Source of the DNA: Bacteroidia bacterium
Lineage (GTDB): Bacteria > Bacteroidota > Bacteroidia > 2-12-FULL-35-15
Length of the DNA stretch: 64,000 bases
Reading direction: 5' to 3'
Assembly: GCA_020051175.1 (NCBI GenBank)
Contig: JAGVJJ010000042.1
Location: 26,720 to 90,719 of the forward strand
The notes under the pieces are model-generated. The model was not told the origin of the DNA, did no database searches, and saw nothing but the letters and a program-made list of their open reading frames with translations. The number at the start of each line of letters is the position of its first letter. The first letter of the stretch is position 1. Shown here piece after piece: positions 17,155-26,100 of the stretch. The translations under genes and the position numbers were made by a program.

Positions 17155-17203
17155 TGGGAAGTCAGAAGTTAGAAGATAAGAAGGTTAACTTAATTTTTTT
17201 ACT

Positions 17204-18172
17204 TTGAAAATAGTGCAACATAACGAGTTCAGCAAAACAGAAGAAAACAATGCTTCTTTTCTAAGGCGGCTCTATCTATATCAGAAAGAACGTTTCCCGG
17301 TTCTGGGGCACGGATTACTGGTAGCGTCCTTCAGCTTTTCCGCTATTGCCTACTCGCGCATTTGCAGAGGCGCTGAAGGTTTTGTGAACTGGCAAACCTA
17401 TCTTGTTGGCATATTCATTACCATCACGCTGTTTATGCTTGTACGGATTTTTGACGAGTTTAAGGATGCGGAAGATGATGCCCAATACAGAAAACACCTG
17501 CCAGTACCAAGAGGACTGATCAGCTTCAAAGAGCTAAAAATAATGGCCATTGTTATCATTGTGTTGCAGATTGCTGTCAACCTGCTGTTTTTTCCTAAAA
17601 TGCTATTGATATACATTGGTATCATCACGTACCTTTCTTTAATGGGTAAAGAGTTCTTTATAGCCGATTGGCTAAAAAAGCACCAGTTCTGGTACATTAC
17701 CTCGCACATGTTTATCATACCTCTGATTGACATCTATGCCAGCGGCCTCGACTGGTTAATTGAGGGTGCAGATGCGCCAAAAGGATTATTATTTTTCTTT
17801 GCTGTATCTTACATGAACGGTATAGTGCTTGAAATAGGCAGAAAAATACGCACACCTGAAAGTGAAGCAAGAGGAGTACTGACGTATACATCCATGTTAG
17901 GAGTAACCCATGCCATATTGTTGTGGATAGGAGTCCTTTTTGTTACGCTATGCCTGGGCATTGCAGCATCACATTACGCGGGTTATGGCTCAACAGCCCT
18001 CTGGGTGCTAGGTTCCATCTTTTTTATCTGTATGATTCCGGCACTTCTGTTCCTTAAAAATAAAACAGAAAAATTATCCAAAGCTTTGGAGCTTTCTTCC
18101 GCATTATGGACAATTTCCATGTACCTGTCTTTAGGCGGGATCCCTATGATACAAAAATTATTTTTTCATTAA
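17204..18172 (+). CDS. UbiA-family integral-membrane prenyltransferase
   Basis: About 8-9 TM segments and an Asp-rich motif FDEFKDAEDDAQYR after TM2 (UbiA-type D..KD...D). No in-frame ATG near the 5' end; candidate starts are TTG 17204 or GTG 17213 (in-frame stop at 17186). Confidence 0.75.
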   Translation: MKIVQHNEFSKTEENNASFLRRLYLYQKERFPVLGHGLLVASFSFSAIAYSRICRGAEGFVNWQTYLVGIFITITLFMLVRIFDEFKDAEDDAQYRKHLPVPRGLISFKELKIMAIVIIVLQIAVNLLFFPKMLLIYIGIITYLSLMGKEFFIADWLKKHQFWYITSHMFIIPLIDIYASGLDWLIEGADAPKGLLFFFAVSYMNGIVLEIGRKIRTPESEARGVLTYTSMLGVTHAILLWIGVLFVTLCLGIAASHYAGYGSTALWVLGSIFFICMIPALLFLKNKTEKLSKALELSSALWTISMYLSLGGIPMIQKLFFH

Positions 18173-20787
18173 TGAAATATATAAGTCATACACAGGGCGA
18201 AATAGCTCTTGAATATACTATCGGTGGAAAAGCCAGGAACTTGTACAGATTGAAGGAAATAGGGCTTTCAGTGCCGGAATGGATTGTTATTCCACAGGAG
18301 GAACTGAGCCAGATGGTTCCGATGGAAATACAGGCAGCACCCTATTCGCAAATAGCGGCTTATATTGATAATTTGTCCATTGCAGATACATTTATAAAAG
18401 ACATAATTACACACTTTGGCGACTCGCTCTTTTTTGCTGTACGCTCATCAGCTATAGACGAAGATGGAAGCGACTTTTCTTTTGCCGGTCAGTTTGAATC
18501 GCATTTGTTTGTTGCCAAAGAACAGCTTGCCGATTCCATTAAAAAAGTATGGAAATCAGCGTTTTCAGAGCGCGTTTACCAATACAGGCAGAACAACAAG
18601 CTGGATCATAAATTTGGTATTGCAGTTATTATTCAGAAGATGATCAATGCAGAGGTTGCGGGTGTGGCCTTTGGAGCTAACCCTGCTAACGGTGACAGGA
18701 AAGCAAAAGTAATCAGTGCCGTTTACGGTATTGGTGAAGGACTTGTATCAGGCGAGCTGGACTCCGATAATTTTATTCTGAAAGACGGAACTGTAACTGC
18801 CCAACTGGCAAATAAAACGCATAAGATAATGCTTGATTCCAATTCCAGCGGTGGGACAAAGAAAGCAGCCGTGCCTCCCGAAAAGCAAGTATTACCTTCC
18901 CTTCAAAATCAACAACTGCTGGAAATTGCATCGATACTGGATACATGTTATAGGGAATATGGTAAAGCTCAGGACATGGAGTTTGCAGTGGCAAATGATA
19001 AAATTTATTTGTTGCAATCACGCCCTGTTACCAACCTGCATAAAATCGCAGATACAAACGGAGATTACATATTATGGGACAACAGCAACATCATTGAATC
19101 TTATCCAGGTGTCACCACTCCCCTCACCTTTTCATTCATCAGTAAATCCTATGAAGGGGCATATAAGCTATTCTGCGGTTTTATGGGAGTGGATCAAAAA
19201 GTAATACAACAAAATGAACGGGTATTCGCAAATACGCTTGGGTTGATTAACGGACGTGTATATTATAACCTGAAAACCTGGTACCATATGCTTGCTATGT
19301 TGCCCGGCTACAGCATCAACGCTCGCTTTATGGAAAAGATGATGGGTGTAAAAGAACGGTTTGACATTCCTGAAAGCTACCGTCTTTCAAAAGGCGCTGC
19401 CTGGTGGAGCATTGTAAAAATGGGGATAAAAATGTATGGCCGGTTTCTTTCGCTTCCCCGAAAAAGAGCTGAGTTCATGCAGGTTTTAAACACAACAATT
19501 GCTCATTATAAAAGCATTAATTTTGAAGAAAAGAATGCAAATGAGTTAATGCAGCTATACCTTGAGTTTGAAAAAACTTTACTGAACGAATGGAAAGCTC
19601 CGCTGCTCAACGATTTCTTCGCAATGATTTGGTTTGGGATGCTTCAGAAACAATGCGAAAAATTTGCCATCAGCAAAAACCCCAACATACACAACGATTT
19701 GCTGTGCGGCAGCAGTGATATTATTTCCGTACAGCCTGTACACCGTACCATAGCTATTGCTACGGCTGTTTCTTCCGACAAAGAATTAAAGGAGCTGTTT
19801 GCCTCCAACAATGAAACTGGTATATGGAAGCTGTTAGCAAACAACAATAAAAATAATTTTGCCGCTTTAAAAAAAGAAATAGACAGATACATTGTTGATT
19901 TTGGTGAGCGCTGCATTGGTGAGTTAAAACTTGAATCCATTTCCTATACCCAGGATCCAACAAGATTTGTAAAAATTGTAAAGTCGTACGTTGATTCCGG
20001 AATAACCTCAGAAAAAACATCTGGCAAAATAGAGGAAGAATTGCGCAGAAATGCGGAACATGAATTAAACACCGCATTAAAAAACAATTTCATAAAAAAA
20101 TGGCGCTTAAAGCGCACATTAAAAAATGCACGGGAACTTGTAAGTTCGCGTGAAAACCTTCGTTATGAACGTACCCGCGCATTTGGGATTGTAAGAGAAA
20201 TATTCTCGCATATGGGAAAAAGATTTTATGCAGAAGGAATCATAGAGCATTCGCGTGATATTTTTTATTTGACAAAGGAAGAAATATTTTCCTTTATCGA
20301 AGGAACATCCGTTACCCAAAACGTAAAAGCATTGATTGCTCTCCGTAAAAAAGAATTTGAGTCCTATCAACAGCAACTGCCTCCTTCCGAGCGTTTTGCC
20401 AGCTACGGCCCTGTTTACCATGCAAATGACTTTTTCAGTATAAGCCGGGTTGAAAAAATTGAGGGCGATTTAAAAGGCATTGGTTGCTGCCCCGGCCGGG
20501 TAAAAGGAAGGGTTAGAGTAATCCTGAATCCGAATGAAGCCAGCTCTCTTGATGGGGACATACTCGTAACTTCGAGTACCGATCCAGGTTGGGTGACTTT
20601 GTTCCCTAGTGCTTCAGCAATTATTGTAGAGCGTGGCAGCTTGCTCAGCCATTCAGCAATTGTTTCGAGGGAAATGGGAAAACCCTGTATAGTAAGTGTT
20701 ACAGGGCTATTAAAAACATTGAAAACAGGTTATGAAATTGAGATGGATGGCAGTACCGGAGAGATCAAAATATTAAACAAGGCCTGA
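18172..20787 (+). CDS. PEP-utilising (PEP synthase/PPDK-like) phosphotransferase with rifampicin-phosphotransferase-like domain order
   Basis: ATG 18172 overlaps the upstream stop (TAATG). N-terminal PPDK_N/ATP-grasp: GGKARNLYRLKEIGLSVPEWIVIP, AVRSSAIDEDG..SFAGQ, MEFAV...IYLLQSRPVT. A middle region of about 450 aa has no motif I recognise. C-terminal swivel His domain: ILVTSSTDPGWVTLFPSASAIIVERGSLLSHSAIVSREMGKPCIV. Confidence 0.85.
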   Translation: MKYISHTQGEIALEYTIGGKARNLYRLKEIGLSVPEWIVIPQEELSQMVPMEIQAAPYSQIAAYIDNLSIADTFIKDIITHFGDSLFFAVRSSAIDEDGSDFSFAGQFESHLFVAKEQLADSIKKVWKSAFSERVYQYRQNNKLDHKFGIAVIIQKMINAEVAGVAFGANPANGDRKAKVISAVYGIGEGLVSGELDSDNFILKDGTVTAQLANKTHKIMLDSNSSGGTKKAAVPPEKQVLPSLQNQQLLEIASILDTCYREYGKAQDMEFAVANDKIYLLQSRPVTNLHKIADTNGDYILWDNSNIIESYPGVTTPLTFSFISKSYEGAYKLFCGFMGVDQKVIQQNERVFANTLGLINGRVYYNLKTWYHMLAMLPGYSINARFMEKMMGVKERFDIPESYRLSKGAAWWSIVKMGIKMYGRFLSLPRKRAEFMQVLNTTIAHYKSINFEEKNANELMQLYLEFEKTLLNEWKAPLLNDFFAMIWFGMLQKQCEKFAISKNPNIHNDLLCGSSDIISVQPVHRTIAIATAVSSDKELKELFASNNETGIWKLLANNNKNNFAALKKEIDRYIVDFGERCIGELKLESISYTQDPTRFVKIVKSYVDSGITSEKTSGKIEEELRRNAEHELNTALKNNFIKKWRLKRTLKNARELVSSRENLRYERTRAFGIVREIFSHMGKRFYAEGIIEHSRDIFYLTKEEIFSFIEGTSVTQNVKALIALRKKEFESYQQQLPPSERFASYGPVYHANDFFSISRVEKIEGDLKGIGCCPGRVKGRVRVILNPNEASSLDGDILVTSSTDPGWVTLFPSASAIIVERGSLLSHSAIVSREMGKPCIVSVTGLLKTLKTGYEIEMDGSTGEIKILNKA

Positions 20788-20818
20788 TTGGCGCATAAAT
20801 TAGCATCAGAAAATAATT

Positions 20819-21910
20819 ATGGCTAAACAACTAACAGAAAAAGTATCTTTTGACTTTATACGCTATGCGAATTGCTGGGAAGACGCGGACATTCTGATAA
20901 AAGGACTGAACCCTTCTCCGGGAAGCAAAATACTATCCATTGGTTCAGCGGGTGACAACAGTTTTTCCTTACTTACTACTAATCCTCAGGTAGTAGTGGC
21001 AGTTGATGTAAATAAAATTCAACTTTACCTTATTGAATTAAAAAAGATATGCATTCAACATCTGACTTATGAAGAATTATTGAATTTCCTGGGTTTCAGG
21101 CCATCTGATAAACGAGAAGTAACATTTAATGGGCTAAAGCAGTACTTAAACAAAGAAACCAGGGAATATTGGGAAAAGAACATTCAACAACTACGGGAGG
21201 GAATTATATCACAAGGGAAGTTTGAGAAATATTTTCAGCTTTTCAGCGGTAAGATTCTGCCATGGATACATTCATCTGCAACTACAGAGAAGCTTTTGAG
21301 TACCAAAAGTGAAGCAGAGCAAAAAGCTTTTTACGATACCACCTGGAACTCCTGGAGATGGAGGCTTTTATTTAAAATATTTTTTAGTAAGTATGTAATG
21401 GGCAAATACGGACGCGACCCGGAATTCCTGAGAGAAGTGAAAGTTCCCGTTGGGGAACATATTTTCCAGAAAGCAGGTAGACATTTGCAAAGCACAGGTG
21501 CACAAAACAACTTTATTCTGCGTTATAACCTTACCGGCACCTTCGGCAATCTGTTGCCACATTACCTGCAACCAGAAAACTATGAAAAAGTAAAGCTCAA
21601 CCTTAATAGGTTGGAAATACTGGAAGGTTATGCTGAAGATGCAATAAAAAAGCATGGAAGCTTTCACAGCATGAACCTTTCCAATATTTTTGAATATATG
21701 GACAGCACTTTATTTTCGAAAACCGCCAAACAGCTTGTTGACGCTACTGAACCAGGAGGCCGACTTGCATATTGGAACCTGATGGTACCCCGAAGGATAT
21801 CGTCTGTTTTCAAGGAACAAACGATATACGATGAAAACCTTTCAAAACAGCTTTCAGCAATTGACAAAGGATTTTTTTATAACCAGTTTATTATCGATCA
21901 GGTAAAATGA
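20819..21910 (+). CDS. DUF3419 / BtaA-like S-adenosylmethionine 3-amino-3-carboxypropyl transferase family protein
   Basis: FIRYANCWEDADILIKGLNPSPGSKILSIGSAGDNSFSLL...VVAVDVNKIQLYLIELK matches the DUF3419 N-terminal pattern (WED...SaG.N...vD.N..Q). Recalled from memory. Confidence 0.75.
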   Translation: MAKQLTEKVSFDFIRYANCWEDADILIKGLNPSPGSKILSIGSAGDNSFSLLTTNPQVVVAVDVNKIQLYLIELKKICIQHLTYEELLNFLGFRPSDKREVTFNGLKQYLNKETREYWEKNIQQLREGIISQGKFEKYFQLFSGKILPWIHSSATTEKLLSTKSEAEQKAFYDTTWNSWRWRLLFKIFFSKYVMGKYGRDPEFLREVKVPVGEHIFQKAGRHLQSTGAQNNFILRYNLTGTFGNLLPHYLQPENYEKVKLNLNRLEILEGYAEDAIKKHGSFHSMNLSNIFEYMDSTLFSKTAKQLVDATEPGGRLAYWNLMVPRRISSVFKEQTIYDENLSKQLSAIDKGFFYNQFIIDQVK

Positions 21911-22578
21911 CAAAAACAGATCTCTTAAATACTGCAATACTTGCAGGCGCATTCCTTTTGCTGTTTGGCTTTGCCGAAATCCTGTATCATTATTTCAAAG
22001 CAAAGGTAGAAATCACACGTAAAATTGTCCATTTTGGAACAGGTATACTCACACTGTTGTTTCCATTGATGCTTGACGATCACTGGCTGGTGCTTCTACT
22101 CTGCGGAAGCTTCGCGGTAATATTAATAATTAGCATACGGTATAATTTTCTGAAATCAGTAAATGCCATTGATCGTGAATCAGTCGGAAGCATTGCCTAT
22201 CCTGTGTCGGTTTACGGCTGCTATCTTGCATTCAATTATTTTGATCACCAGTATGCTTATTTTTATATTCCCATTTTAATTTTAGCCATTTGCGACCCTG
22301 TTGCAGCACTGGCTGGTAAAAAATGGCCTTTAGGAAAATATAAAATAGGAAACAGTAGCAAAACCCTGATGGGTTCAGGAATGTTTTTTCTATCGGCATT
22401 TATTGTAATTGTTGTGCTCTCACTCATGGAACACAATATGACAAGAATTGTTATGCGGGGGCTTATTATTGCCTTGTTTTCAACGGTTTCAGAAGCTGTA
22501 AGCGGGCGTGGCTATGACAACATTACAATACCGGTTTCTGTGCTTGCAAGCCTGATTGTTATTGACCAACTTACATAA
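21907..22578 (+). CDS. SEC59/DGK1/VTE5-family (CTP-dependent polyprenol/phytol kinase or cytidylyltransferase-like) membrane protein
   Basis: ATGA overlap with the upstream stop. 6-7 TM segments. TRKIVHFGTG and CDPVAALAGKKWPLGKY...SKTLMGSGMFF resemble the phytol/dolichol kinase and CdsA-type motifs. Confidence 0.65.
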   Translation: MTKTDLLNTAILAGAFLLLFGFAEILYHYFKAKVEITRKIVHFGTGILTLLFPLMLDDHWLVLLLCGSFAVILIISIRYNFLKSVNAIDRESVGSIAYPVSVYGCYLAFNYFDHQYAYFYIPILILAICDPVAALAGKKWPLGKYKIGNSSKTLMGSGMFFLSAFIVIVVLSLMEHNMTRIVMRGLIIALFSTVSEAVSGRGYDNITIPVSVLASLIVIDQLT

Positions 22579-22584
22579 ATTGTT

Positions 22585-23589
22585 ATGCAGATCATTCAGA
22601 CACTTCCCGGTGACGAAAATTTTCATTTATTCGAAAGCATTCCCAAACTGCTCTATCCGGCAAATAGCATTCGACACCTGCAATCGGACAGCATCAATAA
22701 TGAATTTCTTACTGGTTGCTTTGTACTATTGACAAATGGTATACCACAGGCAAGAGCTGCACTTTATCACAACCCGCAGCTTTCGTATAAAGGATTGCAA
22801 AGCGCATGCATAGGGAATTATGAATCTACTGACAATAATGAAGCGGCAGAACAACTACTGAAATCAATTTTTAGTAAGGCTAAAAACAATGGTGCCCGAT
22901 TCATAATAGGGCCTATGAATGGCTCCACCTGGGACAACTACAGATTCAGCACACATCATAATTTTGCCAACTTCTTATTAGAGCCCTATCATCATCTTTA
23001 TTATAATAAACAGTTTTCTGACGCAGGCTTCTTACCTATTTCTGAATACACCTCGAGTCTGGAGACAGAATTAGAAAACAATCATCCAGATGTACTTAAA
23101 CGTGAAACAGAGCTATTAAACGAAGGTGTAATTATCAGGAATATTGACATGAGTGATTATGAGGGAGAACTAAAAAAGTTATACCCAGTAATCAGCAGTT
23201 CTTTCAAAAGCAATTTTCTATACACTCCAATAAAATGGGAAACTTTCCTTAAAAAATACCTGGAAGCAGCAAAAATCATTAACCCTGAATACGTGCTGAT
23301 AGCGGAAAACATACAAGGTGAAATTATCGGTTTTTTATTTGCTTACGATGATTTATTCAGCAAAAGCGAAAAAAGACTTGTGGTAAAAACACTGGCGCGT
23401 AATGAATCCAGGCAATGGGCAGGACTTGGGCAGGTACTTGCAAACCGGATAGTAAATAGTGCTAAAACAAAAGGCTATCAATCGCTAGTACACGCATTTA
23501 TCATCGAACAAGGAACTTCGAGGGGGGCATCCGAAAAATTTCACGGCAAAGTTTATAAAAACTACGTTCTTTACGGAAGGGAACTTTAA
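22585..23589 (+). CDS. GNAT-fold acyltransferase-like protein (334 aa)
   Basis: The C-terminal part IIGFLFAYDD...VVKTLAR....QWAGLGQVLANRIVNSAKTKGYQSLVHAFI fits GNAT motif A (R/Q-x-x-G-x-G/A). I do not recognise the N-terminal half. Confidence 0.55.
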   Translation: MQIIQTLPGDENFHLFESIPKLLYPANSIRHLQSDSINNEFLTGCFVLLTNGIPQARAALYHNPQLSYKGLQSACIGNYESTDNNEAAEQLLKSIFSKAKNNGARFIIGPMNGSTWDNYRFSTHHNFANFLLEPYHHLYYNKQFSDAGFLPISEYTSSLETELENNHPDVLKRETELLNEGVIIRNIDMSDYEGELKKLYPVISSSFKSNFLYTPIKWETFLKKYLEAAKIINPEYVLIAENIQGEIIGFLFAYDDLFSKSEKRLVVKTLARNESRQWAGLGQVLANRIVNSAKTKGYQSLVHAFIIEQGTSRGASEKFHGKVYKNYVLYGREL

Positions 23590-23631
23590 AAATATTCTTT
23601 TTAAATAGCAACTGAAAAACAGCGAACCAGG

Positions 23632-25164
23632 ATGGAAACGTTTAATATTGTTGATTTATTCTTTGAGTCGGCTAAAAAATATCCCGATAAAACAGCAATC
23701 ATATACAGGGAAAATGAAATCAGCTTTTCCGAGTTTAAAGCCCAGGTGCAGGATACTTCTACCCATTTTGCAAATAAAGGAATTAATCGTGGCGACAGGG
23801 TATTGATTTTTGTTCCGATGAGTATTGATTTATACCGTATCGTGCTGGCATTATTTAACATTGGAGCAACAGCGGTTTTCCTGGATGAATGGGTGAGTAA
23901 AAAAAGAATGGAAGAATGCTGCAAAGTAGCACAATGTAAAGCCTTTATAGGGATATTTAAAGCACGTATTTTTTCTTTTTTTTCATCGGAATTAAGAAAA
24001 ATACCTATAAAGCTAAGCGCAAACTACTCCAGAACTCCGGATAAGATGGTCGGGACTGTAAAAACACAGCTATCTGATACAGCCCTTATAACTTTTACCA
24101 CCGGCAGTACCGGAACTCCTAAGGCAGCCAAAAGAACACATGGCTTTTTGAAAGAGCAGTTCAATGCATTGCTTGAAAAGATTGATCCTCAGCCGGATGA
24201 TGTTGACATGCCTGTTTTGCCGATTGTTCTGCTTATTAATCTGGGAGCAGGCTGTACATCAGTTATTGCGGAGTTTAAAGCCAGCAAACCAGATGAAATG
24301 AACACAGCTAAAATCATTCAACAAATACAGACATATAAAGTTACGCGATTGGTCTCTTCGCCCTTTTTTATTAAACGAATCGCCAAACACAGTATTGCAA
24401 CGGGCACTTCATTTCCACTACTAAAAAAGATATTTACCGGTGGCGCACCTGTATTTCCTGCTGAAGCCGAACTTTATACGAAAGCTTTTCCACAAACAAA
24501 AACTGAAATTGTCTATGGTTCCACAGAGGCAGAACCAATAAGCTCGATTGAGGCAAAGGAACTGGTAAAAGAAAAAGAAAATATTTTACAGAAAGGTTTG
24601 AAAGTCGGGCAACCTTACCGTAAAGCAAATGTAAAAATCATAGAGATCAGAGAGGACATTATTTCCTGTACCGCTGAAGAGGAATTAAGCAGACTTGTTC
24701 TGCCTGAAGGAAAAATTGGAGAAATTATTGTAAGCGGACCGCATGTACTGCGTGAGTACTTTAATAATGAGAAGGCATTAAAACAAAATAAAATATTTAT
24801 AAATGAACAGTGCTGGCACCGTACTGGCGACAGCGGTTATGTAGATTCAGAAGGAATCTTGTATTTAACAGGACGCTGCAACACACTTATATACAGGAAT
24901 AATTTAACCATAGCCCCATTCATCTACGAAAATTACTTTCAAACGCTTGAGAATGTTGAAATGGGAACACTTTTACAATTGAACAACAAGCTTACAGCAC
25001 TTGTTGAGGTTAAAAACGAAAATGCAAAAACTGAGGTCAGGGAAAAAATAAATACGCTGGATATACTACCTGATGCAGTGGTATTCATCGAAAAAATTCC
25101 ACGTGACCCAAGACATAATTCCAAAATTGATTATGCAAAACTGAGTAGCCTGGTTTCAAAGTAA
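23632..25164 (+). CDS. Adenylate-forming enzyme (AMP-dependent synthetase/ligase; acyl-CoA-synthetase or OleC-like)
   Basis: Core motifs TFTTGSTGTPKAAKRTH (A3), YGSTEAEP (A5), HRTGDSGYVDSEGILYLTGRC (A7/A8) and IPRDPRHNSKIDY (A10 Lys). Confidence 0.9.
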   Translation: METFNIVDLFFESAKKYPDKTAIIYRENEISFSEFKAQVQDTSTHFANKGINRGDRVLIFVPMSIDLYRIVLALFNIGATAVFLDEWVSKKRMEECCKVAQCKAFIGIFKARIFSFFSSELRKIPIKLSANYSRTPDKMVGTVKTQLSDTALITFTTGSTGTPKAAKRTHGFLKEQFNALLEKIDPQPDDVDMPVLPIVLLINLGAGCTSVIAEFKASKPDEMNTAKIIQQIQTYKVTRLVSSPFFIKRIAKHSIATGTSFPLLKKIFTGGAPVFPAEAELYTKAFPQTKTEIVYGSTEAEPISSIEAKELVKEKENILQKGLKVGQPYRKANVKIIEIREDIISCTAEEELSRLVLPEGKIGEIIVSGPHVLREYFNNEKALKQNKIFINEQCWHRTGDSGYVDSEGILYLTGRCNTLIYRNNLTIAPFIYENYFQTLENVEMGTLLQLNNKLTALVEVKNENAKTEVREKINTLDILPDAVVFIEKIPRDPRHNSKIDYAKLSSLVSK

Positions 25165-25168
25165 TATT

Positions 25169-25888
25169 TTAATGTGATATGATTGCCGTAGCAGCTTCCA
25201 GTTGTGTGGTAGAAAGCGGCTCATTGGTGATAACTTCTGAATCAGTCCTTTCCATTCCCCTTATCCAGATACATTTACCCTCCTTATTCATTTTGCAGGC
25301 AAAAACTCCTGTATGGTTCTCTGAAACAAGCCTACTCCTGCCCTTGCTTGTATTAAAATCAATTTTGCCCCAGTAACATCCGGTAATGCAAAGCATCCCT
25401 TTTTCATCTATTGTTATTGCCCTCGCATTTATTCCCGCTGCATCTGAATTGTTAAGGCATTCCGTCCAAACAATTTCACCACTGGCATTTAGCATCACCA
25501 CAAAACTACACCAACCATCTACCGATGAAATTCTATTGTATGAAATATAAACATTACCTGAATCATCAAGCACTGCCGCAGGTTCACAATATTCATAAGT
25601 AGTTATACCCCTTAATTCCTTTTTCCATAAAATATTACCTGAAGCATCCGATTTGCTCACAAAAACATTGCTATTGTCTATAGAAGAATAAGTACCGGTT
25701 TCAGAATTTATTATTGGTGGGGAACCCAGAATAGCCACGTTATAAGTACTGCCTGAGGCATCTGATACCGCAGCCGAACAAATCTCCGCACTTTTTTTTC
25801 TAATTTGTTCAATTTCCTTAGGGTTCTGAGCAAAAACAAAACCAGGAACAAAAAAACACCAAACCCAAAGTATCCATTTAAAATCCAT
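25169..25888 (-). CDS. Secreted beta-propeller-repeat protein, function unknown
   Basis: The track start (25927) is TTG. ATG 25888 (or 25900) gives MDFKWILWVWCFFVPGFVFAQ. A blade-like motif repeats six times: D(A/D)SGN(I/V).W... (DASGSTY, DASGNILW, DDSGNVYI, NASGEIVW, DEKGMLCI, NKEGKCIW). Confidence 0.7.
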   Translation of the reverse strand: MDFKWILWVWCFFVPGFVFAQNPKEIEQIRKKSAEICSAAVSDASGSTYNVAILGSPPIINSETGTYSSIDNSNVFVSKSDASGNILWKKELRGITTYEYCEPAAVLDDSGNVYISYNRISSVDGWCSFVVMLNASGEIVWTECLNNSDAAGINARAITIDEKGMLCITGCYWGKIDFNTSKGRSRLVSENHTGVFACKMNKEGKCIWIRGMERTDSEVITNEPLSTTQLEAATAIISH

Positions 25889-26063
25889 AACCACACGCAT
25901 TTCTACGGTATTAAAAGTAAACAGCAAAAAAAATGCTAAGACCTATTTTCGGCAAACCGGTTGTTAAACAAGCCGGTTCCCTAAAGAAATAAAGTAAGGG
26001 ACATAGTAATAAAGGTTATAATTCTGAACCGGTTCTATATACCCGATTTTAAGTATAAAATAC

Positions 26064-26071
26064 TATATTTG
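26064..26071 (+). promoter_or_regulatory. Bacteroidota -7 promoter box TATATTTG upstream of fabI
   Basis: Perfect TAnnTTTG ending 30 nt before ATG 26101. Confidence 0.5.
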
Positions 26072-26100
26072 TACTGGTAACTTAATAAACTAAAAACACT

